DNA of 64,000 nucleotides from a virus (Duplodnaviria; Caudoviricetes): IMG/VR virus record IMGVR_UViG_2695420662_000003, positions 66,837 to 130,836 of that record; one strand, 5' to 3'. Shown piece by piece: positions 19,705 to 29,306 of this stretch (position 1 is its first letter; each line of letters starts with the position of its first letter). The notes under the pieces were generated by a model. It saw only the letters and a program-made list of their open reading frames with translations, ran no database searches and was not told where the DNA came from. The position numbers and the translations under genes were made by a program.

Positions 19705-19920
19705 ATGAGTGGATTGAATGTATTAAATAATGAAGTAGCGATGATAAGCTTAGAGGTTGTAGATCTTATAAATAAGTTTAGGGTAGAAGAAGGAAATAGA
19801 AAAGAATTACTACATAAAAACTTTATGGCTAGCATAAAAAGTGAGATTGAGGCACTTAAAAAAGCTGGTATTAGAGCCGGGCTAAATTTTCAGCCGGGAA
19901 AATGGTTTAAAAGGAGATAA
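19705..19920 (+). pseudogene. truncated Rha/antirepressor-like N-terminal domain
   Basis: MISLEVVDLINKFRVEEGNRKELLHKNFMASIKSEI..NFQPG ends immediately before the HNH gene. Confidence 0.5.
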
Positions 19921-19921
19921 G

Positions 19922-20632
19922 TTGATTATGAACGAATTAAAAATATGTAGCAAGTGTGGGAAAACTAAAGATATAGAATGCTTCGAACTACATTCTGTTA
20001 ATAAAGAAACTGGTAAAATTAATTTAAGAGGACAATGCAAAGAATGTAGAAAAAATATAAGAGATAATAAGAAGGATTTAAGAATTGATTATGACAAGGC
20101 TAAATATAAAGAGAATAGGGATAAAATATTAGAAAGAAAGAAAGAGTATTACAGGGAAAACAGAGAAAAGATATTAGAATATAAATCTAGATATTATATT
20201 GAAAATATAGATAAAATTAAAGAATATTCAAAGTTATATCGATCTAATTGTGGAGAAGTAAGAAGGGTGGCGGAATATAAAAGAAGAAGTTTGATTAAAG
20301 GGTATAAATACACAAATGAAGAATGGGAAAAATGTCTTGAATTTTTTAATAATAGATGTGCATATACTGGGGTTGAATTAACTAAGGAGAATACACATAG
20401 AGATCATATTATCCCTCTGTCAAAGGGTGGATTGAACGTGATAAGAAATATAGTGCCAGCTTTGAGTAGTGCAAATATATCTAAAAGAGATAAAGATATG
20501 GAAACATGGTTTAGAAGTAAGGACTTCTTCGACGAAGGTAGGTTAAATAGAATAATTGAATGGATGAAATTTAATGATGTTCACGCTTTAATAGATAGTA
20601 TAGAAACTTTAGAGGATATATTTGATATATAG
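19922..20632 (+). CDS. HNH endonuclease
   Basis: CSKC..CKEC zinc finger; CAYTG..DHIIPLSKGG..NIVPA..AN..K. Confidence 0.9.
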   Translation: MIMNELKICSKCGKTKDIECFELHSVNKETGKINLRGQCKECRKNIRDNKKDLRIDYDKAKYKENRDKILERKKEYYRENREKILEYKSRYYIENIDKIKEYSKLYRSNCGEVRRVAEYKRRSLIKGYKYTNEEWEKCLEFFNNRCAYTGVELTKENTHRDHIIPLSKGGLNVIRNIVPALSSANISKRDKDMETWFRSKDFFDEGRLNRIIEWMKFNDVHALIDSIETLEDIFDI

Positions 20633-20645
20633 GGGGAAATTAAAT

Positions 20646-22091
20646 ATGACGTTTACAAATAATAATTTTAGAGGAAGAATAGATGGTAAAGATTTATATT
20701 ATTATACAAATAATTTAGATTACAAAATACAGGATACAGAAAATAGAATAAAATATATAGAAGATAGATTAGGATCGAAATTAATAGGATATAAAAAATT
20801 AGATAGGCATAATTGTACATATGATATGAAGGTTCAAGCAAATGATAAATATTGGGAAGAAATCTTTATACAAACATCGGATATTGCTTTAGATAAAGAT
20901 GGTTTATATCAGGTCGAAGATGAAGGGAAAATTAAATTAGTAAGTTATAGCGAGTACATATCATGGTGTGAATTAAACAATAAAGATGCATTAGAGTACG
21001 CTGATATAAATAATCCATTTAAAGCCATCCCTTACGAAAATATTCATGAAGAGGATGAAATATACGATGATGTAAAGATAGAACGTGGAGAGTGGAAATA
21101 TACAGGTCAGAACACATCTAAAATTAAATTGGTTCTTAATAAGTCGGATGATTTATATTCAACATCAAATATAGCAAAAGGATTAGAAAAATTAGGTAGT
21201 TATATATTGAATGCGCCAGTACATATTAAAGACGGTAAAGAGATTCCAAAAAAAGAAAATTTAAAATATAAGATATATAATAGTAGAGAATTGTTTAATA
21301 GGGCATGCCAAGAATATAATACAATAAACAGATTCTTGAGAGCAAATGGAATTACAGATAAATCAGAAGATTTAGAAGGTGAAGCAATACCGATGTTTCA
21401 ACCTCATAAGCAAAACTTTAATAAGGTTAAAACTGTAAGATATATGGGATATGGAGATATTAAAAAATATCCTATGCTTAAATCATATGTTGAGTTACAC
21501 GATAAACTAAAATATGAATTAAAAAAACCAAATAGTAAATTAGATAAGAAGAAACTTCCGTATATAATGAAAGGATTAAAGGATGATTTAGATTTAGTTA
21601 AACAATCATCACTAAAACCTATAATATTTAAAGCACCATTAACTCCAACTCCAAAATCTATATATGAAGACATAGTAATCCCTTATAAAAAGGAATTATA
21701 TGGAATGCTGCAATCAAAAGTTGAAGATTTAAGAGATTTAGATATGATGTGTTGCCATATAGATTTAATGAATATAATGAAAAAATGCAAATTCACAGAA
21801 AGACAAAAAGAAATACTTGATTTATGGTCAAGAGATTATTCTACAACAGAAATAGGTGAGATATTAGATGTAAGTAGACAAGAAATAGAAAGGTCTATGA
21901 GTGTAATTATAAATATGATAATAAGAAAATATAAAGATCAATATGAGGATTGGATAGGATTTAATTATAAAAAATCAGAATGGAAACAATGCAGTAAATG
22001 CAATGAGGTTAAATTAATAAAGAGATTTAATAAAAATGGAAAATATATAATGTCTCTATGCAAAGATTGTGATTTGAATAGAAAGAAATAA
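20646..22091 (+). CDS. large protein with C-terminal sigma-70 region 4/LuxR-like HTH and zinc finger (putative late regulator)
   Basis: FTERQKEILDLW..STTEIGEILDVSRQEI; CSKC..CKDC. Confidence 0.7.
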   Translation: MTFTNNNFRGRIDGKDLYYYTNNLDYKIQDTENRIKYIEDRLGSKLIGYKKLDRHNCTYDMKVQANDKYWEEIFIQTSDIALDKDGLYQVEDEGKIKLVSYSEYISWCELNNKDALEYADINNPFKAIPYENIHEEDEIYDDVKIERGEWKYTGQNTSKIKLVLNKSDDLYSTSNIAKGLEKLGSYILNAPVHIKDGKEIPKKENLKYKIYNSRELFNRACQEYNTINRFLRANGITDKSEDLEGEAIPMFQPHKQNFNKVKTVRYMGYGDIKKYPMLKSYVELHDKLKYELKKPNSKLDKKKLPYIMKGLKDDLDLVKQSSLKPIIFKAPLTPTPKSIYEDIVIPYKKELYGMLQSKVEDLRDLDMMCCHIDLMNIMKKCKFTERQKEILDLWSRDYSTTEIGEILDVSRQEIERSMSVIINMIIRKYKDQYEDWIGFNYKKSEWKQCSKCNEVKLIKRFNKNGKYIMSLCKDCDLNRKK

Positions 22092-22209
22092 TATTGTGGA
22101 AAAATAGTTGCGATATATCGCAGTTATAGGGTATATATATTGTAAGGGGTATTAAATAATGCCCATATATCGAAGTTTTAGTACATATGATTAGAAACTC
22201 TACTCAAAC

Positions 22210-22745
22210 GAGAGGGTATTTAATAAAATTATCAGGTAAACCTTATATAAAGCGTAGCTAACTTTATATTAAGTTCTGATTATACCTATGATGTAATAGG
22301 CTTTGCTTGCGAGTGTATTACGGAGGTATTTTTTCAAGGTTTATGAGTTAGCCTTGTGCAAGCTATATCTTTAAGATAATAAAACTCACCTATAATGTAA
22401 TTCAAAGTTTAATAACTGATGGATTAAGTGTGGTATTCGGAATGTTCATGTATGATATTTTGAATATAACCTTTACCCTTTGAGGGTTATCAAAGTACAA
22501 TGGTAGAAGACTTTTAGTTTTTTGCCGTGACTACCGAAATGGTGTTTAAAATAGGGAGTGAAATCCCAGTAAAGATAAATAGAGAGTGAAATCTCATGGG
22601 ATCGCATTGTGTCGGTCGAACAGTTTTATCTCTTCTGTAAAAAGAGAAGTTATATATCCTACCTATATTCTAGATGATAGGTAAATAAGGAGTATAGCCC
22701 AAATACCTAATTATCCATTGTATATTAGGAGGCTTCCTACTCCTG
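22210..22745 (+). ncRNA. large structured ncRNA, ROOL-like
   Basis: About 530 nt with no ORF in the track; GGTATTT (22216)/AAATACC (22701) long-range pair; hairpins GGGA-GTGAAA-TCCC and GAGA-GTGAAA-TCTC; family assignment is from recalled motif similarity only. Confidence 0.55.
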
Positions 22746-22934
22746 AACTACAACATTAAAACATAATTCTTAATACTAGAATTTCATTTTAATCCTCCCC
22801 AATGATTTGACGCAACTCGTTAAGAGTTGTGTTTTAATGTTGTAATAAACATTATACTCATAATCTCCCTTGAAAGCCCTGATGTTCGTTGTCAGGGTTA
22901 TTTTCTTTTTTGAGGGATAAAGATACAAAAGGAT

Positions 22935-23219
22935 GTGATAGAGTTGAAATCAACGGACTTTGTATCAGAGTTATTTAAAAAATTAAAAGATAATGATATT
23001 AAACTATCGAGAGATGAGTTGAATATTGTAATTACAGAATTTGTATCTCTGATACATGATGTAGTTCTGTATGAAGAAGAGGAAGTAAAAATTAATAACT
23101 TTGCAGTATTCTTTTTAGGAAAGAAAGCACCTAGGAAATTACCTAATGGTGAAGATGTTCCTCCTGGAGAGATAATGCGAGTTAGATTAAGCGAAAAGTT
23201 CAAGAATAAACAAGATTAA
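22935..23219 (+). CDS. HU/IHF-like DNA-binding protein
   Basis: EEVKINNFAVF..KKAPRK..VP..RVRLSEKFK; position before the packaging genes as in SPbeta-like phages. Confidence 0.75.
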   Translation: MIELKSTDFVSELFKKLKDNDIKLSRDELNIVITEFVSLIHDVVLYEEEEVKINNFAVFFLGKKAPRKLPNGEDVPPGEIMRVRLSEKFKNKQD

Positions 23220-23311
23220 ATTTGACGGTAGTTTTCGGTTAATATAGATTTTTTATTCCTCCTTTACTATAAAAACTGAACTACTCGTCATCTTATAAAG
23301 GAGATGATATT

Positions 23312-24160
23312 ATGGAATATCAATGTTCATGTTGTGGTGGCATCTCCAAAACTAAATTTTACAAGTCATACTCAGTTTTAAATAAATACAGGATGGTGCA
23401 AGCCATTTGTAAGGATTGCTTAATAGAAATCTATAAAGATTTAGTTAATGAGTATAAAAGCGAAGATAAGGCTTTATATAGGTTATGCATGCTTTTAGAT
23501 GTCTATTATGATGAAAAGATGGTTGTTACTTGTAAAGAAAAATCAAAGGAGAGCGGAAAAGACTTACCATTGGAATATATGCCTAAGCTAAGTCTAAAAC
23601 AATATGCAAATAAAAGTTTTATTGATTCTAATAAAATGGAATTAAATGAAAAGAAAATAGTTGGGAATGAAGATGTAAAAAAAGAGGAAAAGTCAACTAA
23701 GAAGAATAAGAAATCTGTTGTTACTCCGGAAATGATACAAAGATGGGGTGATAACTTAGAGGAAAATGATTATCTATTCTTAGAAGAAAGATTTAAAATG
23801 ATGTGCGATACATATGACAATAAGAATATAGCGAATATATGGCAATATCAAGAAATAGCATTAAATTACTTACAGATTCAGAAGTTAAGAGCGTTAGATG
23901 ACGAAAAATCAACTGCTACTGCAATAAAACTAATGGATAGTACAAGTAAAATGATGAATGACTGTAAAATGAAATCTACTCAATTGGACGGTTCTGGAGA
24001 TTTAGATGTTAATCTACCTGGAATATGGGCAAAAAGAATTCAAAATGAAGATCCCATTCCTCAAGCAGAAGGGGTGTTTGCCGATGTAGATAGAATACAG
24101 GAATTGTTTGATAATCAATTTGTAAAGCCAATGAGACGTGTTTTAGGAGTAGGTGATTAA
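23312..24160 (+). CDS. putative terminase small subunit (Zn-finger N-terminus)
   Basis: CSCC..FYKS..ICKDC, RWG; directly upstream of the large terminase. Confidence 0.65.
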   Translation: MEYQCSCCGGISKTKFYKSYSVLNKYRMVQAICKDCLIEIYKDLVNEYKSEDKALYRLCMLLDVYYDEKMVVTCKEKSKESGKDLPLEYMPKLSLKQYANKSFIDSNKMELNEKKIVGNEDVKKEEKSTKKNKKSVVTPEMIQRWGDNLEENDYLFLEERFKMMCDTYDNKNIANIWQYQEIALNYLQIQKLRALDDEKSTATAIKLMDSTSKMMNDCKMKSTQLDGSGDLDVNLPGIWAKRIQNEDPIPQAEGVFADVDRIQELFDNQFVKPMRRVLGVGD

Positions 24161-24161
24161 T

Positions 24162-24464
24162 ATGATTACTAAAACTAAAGAACGTGAAAGTAAGTATATA
24201 AGACCTATTGAGCGAATGGAAGAAGGGATGAAGATATGGCTTTCTTATTGGAGGGCTAATCCTCACCGTATGGCTATGGACTATTTAGCATGTCCATTAA
24301 AACCATTCCAATGCATATTATTGTATTTGATGGAAAAATATGATTTCTTCATGTTTGTAGCTAGTAGAGGTCTAGGTAAGTCATATTTAGTTGCGGTTTA
24401 TTGTTGTGTAAAATGCATACTTTTCCCAGGAATTAAAATAATAGTGGCGGCAAAAGATAAAGGG
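24162..24464 (+). CDS. terL: terminase large subunit, exon 1
   Basis: YWRANPHR..LKPFQ..ASRGLGKS Walker A; ends at the intron. Confidence 0.88.
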
Positions 24465-26203
24465 TAATATAATAAAGGTAGAAGGGTGGTGTTATAATAT
24501 GTTATTAGATAAATCGTTAAATATAAAATGGAATAATGCAACAAAGGATTATTACATATCAAAAGGTTATAATTATACAAAAAAGAATGATATATTTACG
24601 ATAGATATCGAAGATATGATTACAACATCAACTATAAGAGTGAACGTTAAATGTGATTATTGTGGTGATATTCATAAAAAAGAATATAGAGGATATATAA
24701 AAGGTAGGGAATATATAGATAAAGATTGTTGTAGTAATACAATATGTAGAAATAGAAAACTACAAGATGTTAACTTAAAATTATATGGTGTAAAAAATGC
24801 AGGACAAAGGGATGATGTAAAGGCGAAATTAAGTAAAATAAAAAGAATGCCTTTTAATCAGGTTAAATCTATGTTTGATAAAAAAGAATTAGATTTAATA
24901 AGCAGAGAAAGTGATTATATAAATGGAAAAAGCAAATTGAAATTTATATGTAATTACCATAAAGAAAAGGGTATTCAGACTACAACATTAGATAGTCTTA
25001 GAAGTAGCAAACACTGTTGTAATTTTGGGGCAATAGAACATGTTTCCAATATTAGAAGATTTGATATAGAGAAAGTTAAATCTTTATTTGTAGAAAAGGG
25101 ATATATTCCTAAGTTTGATACATATGAAAATAATCAAATACCTATACCTTTTATGTGCGAAAAACATATGAATGCAGGTATTCAATATGTGAGTTATGCT
25201 AACCTGCAACAAGGTCAAAGAGGTTGTAAGGTTTGTTCAATAGAATCGGTAAAAGATAAGCATAGAGAAGATAAAAATATTGTTTATGCCCTATTTCATG
25301 AGAAAGGTCTAAGTGTGTTAGATGGCGAAGAATATCTTAACAAAGATACTCACATGAAATTTACATGTAACAAACATCCAAATATAATTCAGAGTACGAC
25401 ATATGCAGGGTTGAAGCGAACTGATAATCCTTGTTATGCATGTAGAAATGAATTAAGTTACTCTAAATTAAATAAGAGATTAAGAAGTAGTATCGGTAAA
25501 TGGAGAAGAAAGACTGAGATTAAATGTAAATCAAAATGCGTATTAACTTCAAGTGAAGTATATGATATTCATCATTTGCATCAATACAATGCTATAGTTG
25601 TAGAGGCGGTAACATCTTTAAAATTAGACGTTAATAATATAAATGGTGTGGATTTTGAAAACTTAAAAAATAAAGTCATAGAACTTCATGAGACATATGG
25701 TGAAGGTGTTTGTATTCATCCCGAACTACATCAATTACTACACATGAAATTTGGAAAAGATACCACAATAGAAGATTATTATAAATTTAAAGAAAACTAC
25801 CTTAACGGAGTTTACGATAATGAAATAAAAATAAGTAAACTTACGCCCCGTACATGAAGAAATTCATGTAGGACACAACCTTAAAACCAGTAATTCCTAA
25901 AGCTCAACAACTACAATAAGAGATAAAATCATAAACTCTTATGAACGTGAGGAAACTCAGAAACAATGGTTGAGATGGCATATGGTGAGAACCTAAGTGT
26001 CGTAAACAATGGATGTTTGGTCGCCAAGCCTAGAAATAGGAAGGTCAAACGACTAGTCGAAAAAGACGTACACTTAAGCGAGTGGAAACGGGTTGCCCTT
26101 AGCACGTAATGGTGAAGGTGAAGAAATAGTCTACTCTCATGTGAAAGCATGAGGCTCAAAGTTGAGCATTGCAAGTGTAGCGACTTGTAATAAATATTTA
26201 TGG
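24465..26203 (+). ncRNA. group I intron in terL (boundaries uncertain by a few nt)
   Basis: P2 TACATGAA-GAAA-TTCATGTA, P3 CAACC/GGTTG, P7 ACGACTA/ATAGTCT, P9 CTCATG-TGAAAG-CATGAG; the terminase frame resumes as QAKLMITQKI. Confidence 0.85.
24499..25857 (+). CDS. intron-encoded putative homing endonuclease (Zn-ribbon repeats plus HNH-like C-terminus)
   Basis: Repeated F-x-C-xx-H and CxxC modules; YDIHHLH..GVCIHPELHQLLH. Confidence 0.75.
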   Translation: MLLDKSLNIKWNNATKDYYISKGYNYTKKNDIFTIDIEDMITTSTIRVNVKCDYCGDIHKKEYRGYIKGREYIDKDCCSNTICRNRKLQDVNLKLYGVKNAGQRDDVKAKLSKIKRMPFNQVKSMFDKKELDLISRESDYINGKSKLKFICNYHKEKGIQTTTLDSLRSSKHCCNFGAIEHVSNIRRFDIEKVKSLFVEKGYIPKFDTYENNQIPIPFMCEKHMNAGIQYVSYANLQQGQRGCKVCSIESVKDKHREDKNIVYALFHEKGLSVLDGEEYLNKDTHMKFTCNKHPNIIQSTTYAGLKRTDNPCYACRNELSYSKLNKRLRSSIGKWRRKTEIKCKSKCVLTSSEVYDIHHLHQYNAIVVEAVTSLKLDVNNINGVDFENLKNKVIELHETYGEGVCIHPELHQLLHMKFGKDTTIEDYYKFKENYLNGVYDNEIKISKLTPRT

Positions 26204-27649
26204 CAAGCAAAGTTGATGATAACACAGAAGATAGAAAAAGAGTTAATGAACTACGAAGGTTCTATGTTGCGATTTGAATTGAAGCCCGGTAGAGAAGGTA
26301 TACAGACCGGAGCAAATGATGCGAAGGTAATATTCAAAAACGGAAGTACAATAGAATGTACAACAAGCGGTGAAAGTGCCAGAGGTTATAGAGGTAATAT
26401 ACTTATAGTCGATGAATTTAGACTTGTACCGAAAGATGTTTTAGATAAAATACTAAGACCTTTCTTAACTGTAGTTTATAACCCACCTTTTTATAAAAAA
26501 GATAAATATAAGGATTATCCGAAGTTTGAAAACAAGGAAATATATATGTCTTCCGCATGGTTAAAAGCGCACGATTCATATATAAAGTTTAAATCATATA
26601 TAAACTCTATGCTAAAAGGTGAAAATTACGCTTGTGTAGATTTACCTTATACAGTTGCTAGAGATGAAGGCTTTTTAACACAAGCCAGAATAGATGCCAT
26701 AAGGAACGAGGATGATATGTCTGAAATGTCCTGGCAAATGGAAATGCAAGGTATGTGGTTTGGAGAATCTGAATCGGCATTTTATAAATTAGGAGAGATT
26801 GAACCTAATAGAAATATAAAAAAAGCGTGGATTCCTCCTACAAAAGAATTGTACATATTAGAAAAGGATAAACGTAAAAAATCATATCATTTACCTAAGC
26901 AAGAGGGTGAGAAAAGGTTAATCGGAGTAGATATAGCCTTGATGCAAGGTAGTACAAACGATAACACTATATTCACTATGATGAGATTAATACCTAATGG
27001 TGAAAATTATGATCGTTATATAGTTAATATAGAATCTTATGAAGGAGTTCATTCAGAATCTCAAGCGATAAGAATCAAACAATTATTTGATGATTTTCAA
27101 GCAGATTATATCGTATGTGATACCGCAGGTAATGGACTTGGAGTATATGATGCAATGGCAAAAGTTCAATACGACTCAGATAGAGATATTGAATATCCAC
27201 CATTTATAGCATTCAATGATGAGAGGATGTCATCTAGAAGTTTAAATAAAAATGGAATACCTTGTGTGTATTCAATGAAAGTAACTCAAGCGGAAACGAA
27301 CCATCAAATATGTACATGGTTGAAGGATGATTTGCAAAATAATAGATTGAAATTATTAATAAATGATATAGAAGCAAAGTCTTATCTTAGTGATAATCAT
27401 AGTTTCGATATAAAAACAGTAGAAGAACAAGTAAGCATGTTAAAACCATATTTGCAAACTTCCGCATTAGTTAATGAAATGGTTAACCTTGAATGGAAAA
27501 CAATAGGTATTTATATAAAGGTTTTCGAGATAGGAAGAAATAGAAAAGACCGATATTCATCATTAGCATATTGTAATTATTATGCGAGAATATTAGAGAA
27601 GCAATTAAAAAAACCAAAGAAAAAAGGTGGCTTTGTGGCGCTTTGGTAA
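26204..27649 (+). CDS. terL: terminase large subunit, exon 2
   Basis: ARGYRGNILIVDEFR Walker B, MSSAW, GVDIA nuclease motif, RKDRYSS. Confidence 0.9.
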   Translation, partial: QAKLMITQKIEKELMNYEGSMLRFELKPGREGIQTGANDAKVIFKNGSTIECTTSGESARGYRGNILIVDEFRLVPKDVLDKILRPFLTVVYNPPFYKKDKYKDYPKFENKEIYMSSAWLKAHDSYIKFKSYINSMLKGENYACVDLPYTVARDEGFLTQARIDAIRNEDDMSEMSWQMEMQGMWFGESESAFYKLGEIEPNRNIKKAWIPPTKELYILEKDKRKKSYHLPKQEGEKRLIGVDIALMQGSTNDNTIFTMMRLIPNGENYDRYIVNIESYEGVHSESQAIRIKQLFDDFQADYIVCDTAGNGLGVYDAMAKVQYDSDRDIEYPPFIAFNDERMSSRSLNKNGIPCVYSMKVTQAETNHQICTWLKDDLQNNRLKLLINDIEAKSYLSDNHSFDIKTVEEQVSMLKPYLQTSALVNEMVNLEWKTIGIYIKVFEIGRNRKDRYSSLAYCNYYARILEKQLKKPKKKGGFVALW

Positions 27650-27680
27650 TATATAAAAAACTCCAGAAAGGAGGAGTTAA

Positions 27681-29111
27681 ATGAGTGAACAGGAAACAAA
27701 TCTTGAACAAAAGAAGTTTCAACAACATAAAAGATTTGCCAGTGACAGTGTAAGTGGAAATGTCAATACTTATTATAAGAGTAAATCACATGATTTAGAT
27801 AGGATAAGTAAGGCTTTAGAAGATCCAGTTAAAAATCAAAAAACACTACAAGAAGTTTCAGAATACATATATCATGTGGGCGGTGTATATCAAAGAATAA
27901 TAATGGATACTGCATTTATGCCTGAATATGATTCTATGCTTACTCCTAAGGGTGTAAATAAAGTTAAACCTGAGACAAGAAAGAGAACTTATCTTGAAGC
28001 AGCAATGATTATAGATAAGATAAATCCGAAACATACTCTTAAGAGATTTGGGTTGAAACTTCTTAGATTTGGTGAATTGTACATATATGAAATAGAAGAT
28101 GAAGATACGATAGTATATAAAGAAATGCCAGTTGATATATGTAAAATAACATCTATCGAAAATGGTTTATGTAAGTATGCTATTAACTTAGATAGTTTAA
28201 AAAATAAAAATCTATTGGCGACCATGCCAAAAGAGATAAAAAAGATATATGAAAAATATCAAAATAAGACTATTAGAGAAGATAAGCTTATAGATAAAAA
28301 ATGGTATGAATTAGATAAAAATGCTTTTGCTTTTAATTTTATAGATCCATTTTTACCTAAAGGGTATCCACCATTAAGTTACTTATTTAAAGGCGTATCG
28401 GCATTAGATAGAATGACAAATAAATTACTATCTGATGAAGAAATTGAAATGCTTAAGATAATTCATAATAAAATACCTTTGGATGATGATGGTGAATTTT
28501 TAATAGATCCTGAAATAGTGTCTAAATATCATTATTCAACGAAAGAAAATTTACCAGAGAATGTAACTATAACAACTAATCCATTTGAGATGAAAATGCA
28601 TTCTTTCCAGGGTAATAATAAACAAACGAATTATAGACAAGAGGCGTTAGATAATGTATATCAAACCGCAGGTTTTTCAAAAGAAAAATTTAGTGGAGAG
28701 AGAAATTCTAATCAAGCGATAAAAGTTAGTACAATGGCAGACGAAATGGTTGCACTTCAATTAGTTAGAATATTTGAACCTTATTTAAATTACAAGTTAA
28801 GACAAAATAAAAAAGCATCTAATTGGAGAGTAAAGATACTAGACAATACATATTACAATAAGTCAGATTATTTTAGAGACTGTAAAGAGGCGGCAAGTAG
28901 TGGTAGTTCAAGATTTAAATTTATGGCTAGTTGTGGCTTGTCACCATATGAGGCGGTTATGCTAAGACAAGTCGAAGAAGAAATCGGGATAGATGAATTA
29001 ATGACACCATTATTGAACGGGCAAAACAGTAGTGCTAAATTAATTGAAGATAAAAAGAACGGTAGACCTAGTGCTGAAGAAAGCGGGGATGTACCGGAAA
29101 GTGAGGAGTAA
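27681..29111 (+). CDS. portal protein
   Basis: 476 aa directly after terL; C-terminal GRP motif. Confidence 0.75.
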   Translation: MSEQETNLEQKKFQQHKRFASDSVSGNVNTYYKSKSHDLDRISKALEDPVKNQKTLQEVSEYIYHVGGVYQRIIMDTAFMPEYDSMLTPKGVNKVKPETRKRTYLEAAMIIDKINPKHTLKRFGLKLLRFGELYIYEIEDEDTIVYKEMPVDICKITSIENGLCKYAINLDSLKNKNLLATMPKEIKKIYEKYQNKTIREDKLIDKKWYELDKNAFAFNFIDPFLPKGYPPLSYLFKGVSALDRMTNKLLSDEEIEMLKIIHNKIPLDDDGEFLIDPEIVSKYHYSTKENLPENVTITTNPFEMKMHSFQGNNKQTNYRQEALDNVYQTAGFSKEKFSGERNSNQAIKVSTMADEMVALQLVRIFEPYLNYKLRQNKKASNWRVKILDNTYYNKSDYFRDCKEAASSGSSRFKFMASCGLSPYEAVMLRQVEEEIGIDELMTPLLNGQNSSAKLIEDKKNGRPSAEESGDVPESEE

Positions 29112-29294
29112 ATGTTAGTTTATACTTTTGATAAGGATAAAAGAGATGAACTAATTAACCTTGACTGCAAATTAAAACAAGAATTAACTCATAAAGGAAG
29201 AGTTGCTTATGTTTTCGAACTGGATGGTACAATCTTTTCGAAATACTATAAAGACAACTCTATTTTTATGTTTAATAAAATGAAATTTGCATAG
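29112..29294 (+). CDS. small hypothetical protein
   Basis: GAGGAG SD; 60 aa between portal and protease. Confidence 0.7.
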   Translation: MLVYTFDKDKRDELINLDCKLKQELTHKGRVAYVFELDGTIFSKYYKDNSIFMFNKMKFA

Positions 29295-29306
29295 GGAGGT
29301 GAATTA

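Noticed and set aside
22091..22935. tRNA or tmRNA genes in the large intergenic region
   Set aside because: No cloverleaf with T-loop GTTCRA and acceptor stem could be found by eye
26162..26203. TTG start of the 495 aa terminase ORF
   Set aside because: These codons lie in the intron 3' end; the true N-terminus is exon 1
25929..26225. 98 aa minus-strand ORF
   Set aside because: Antisense to the group I intron catalytic core
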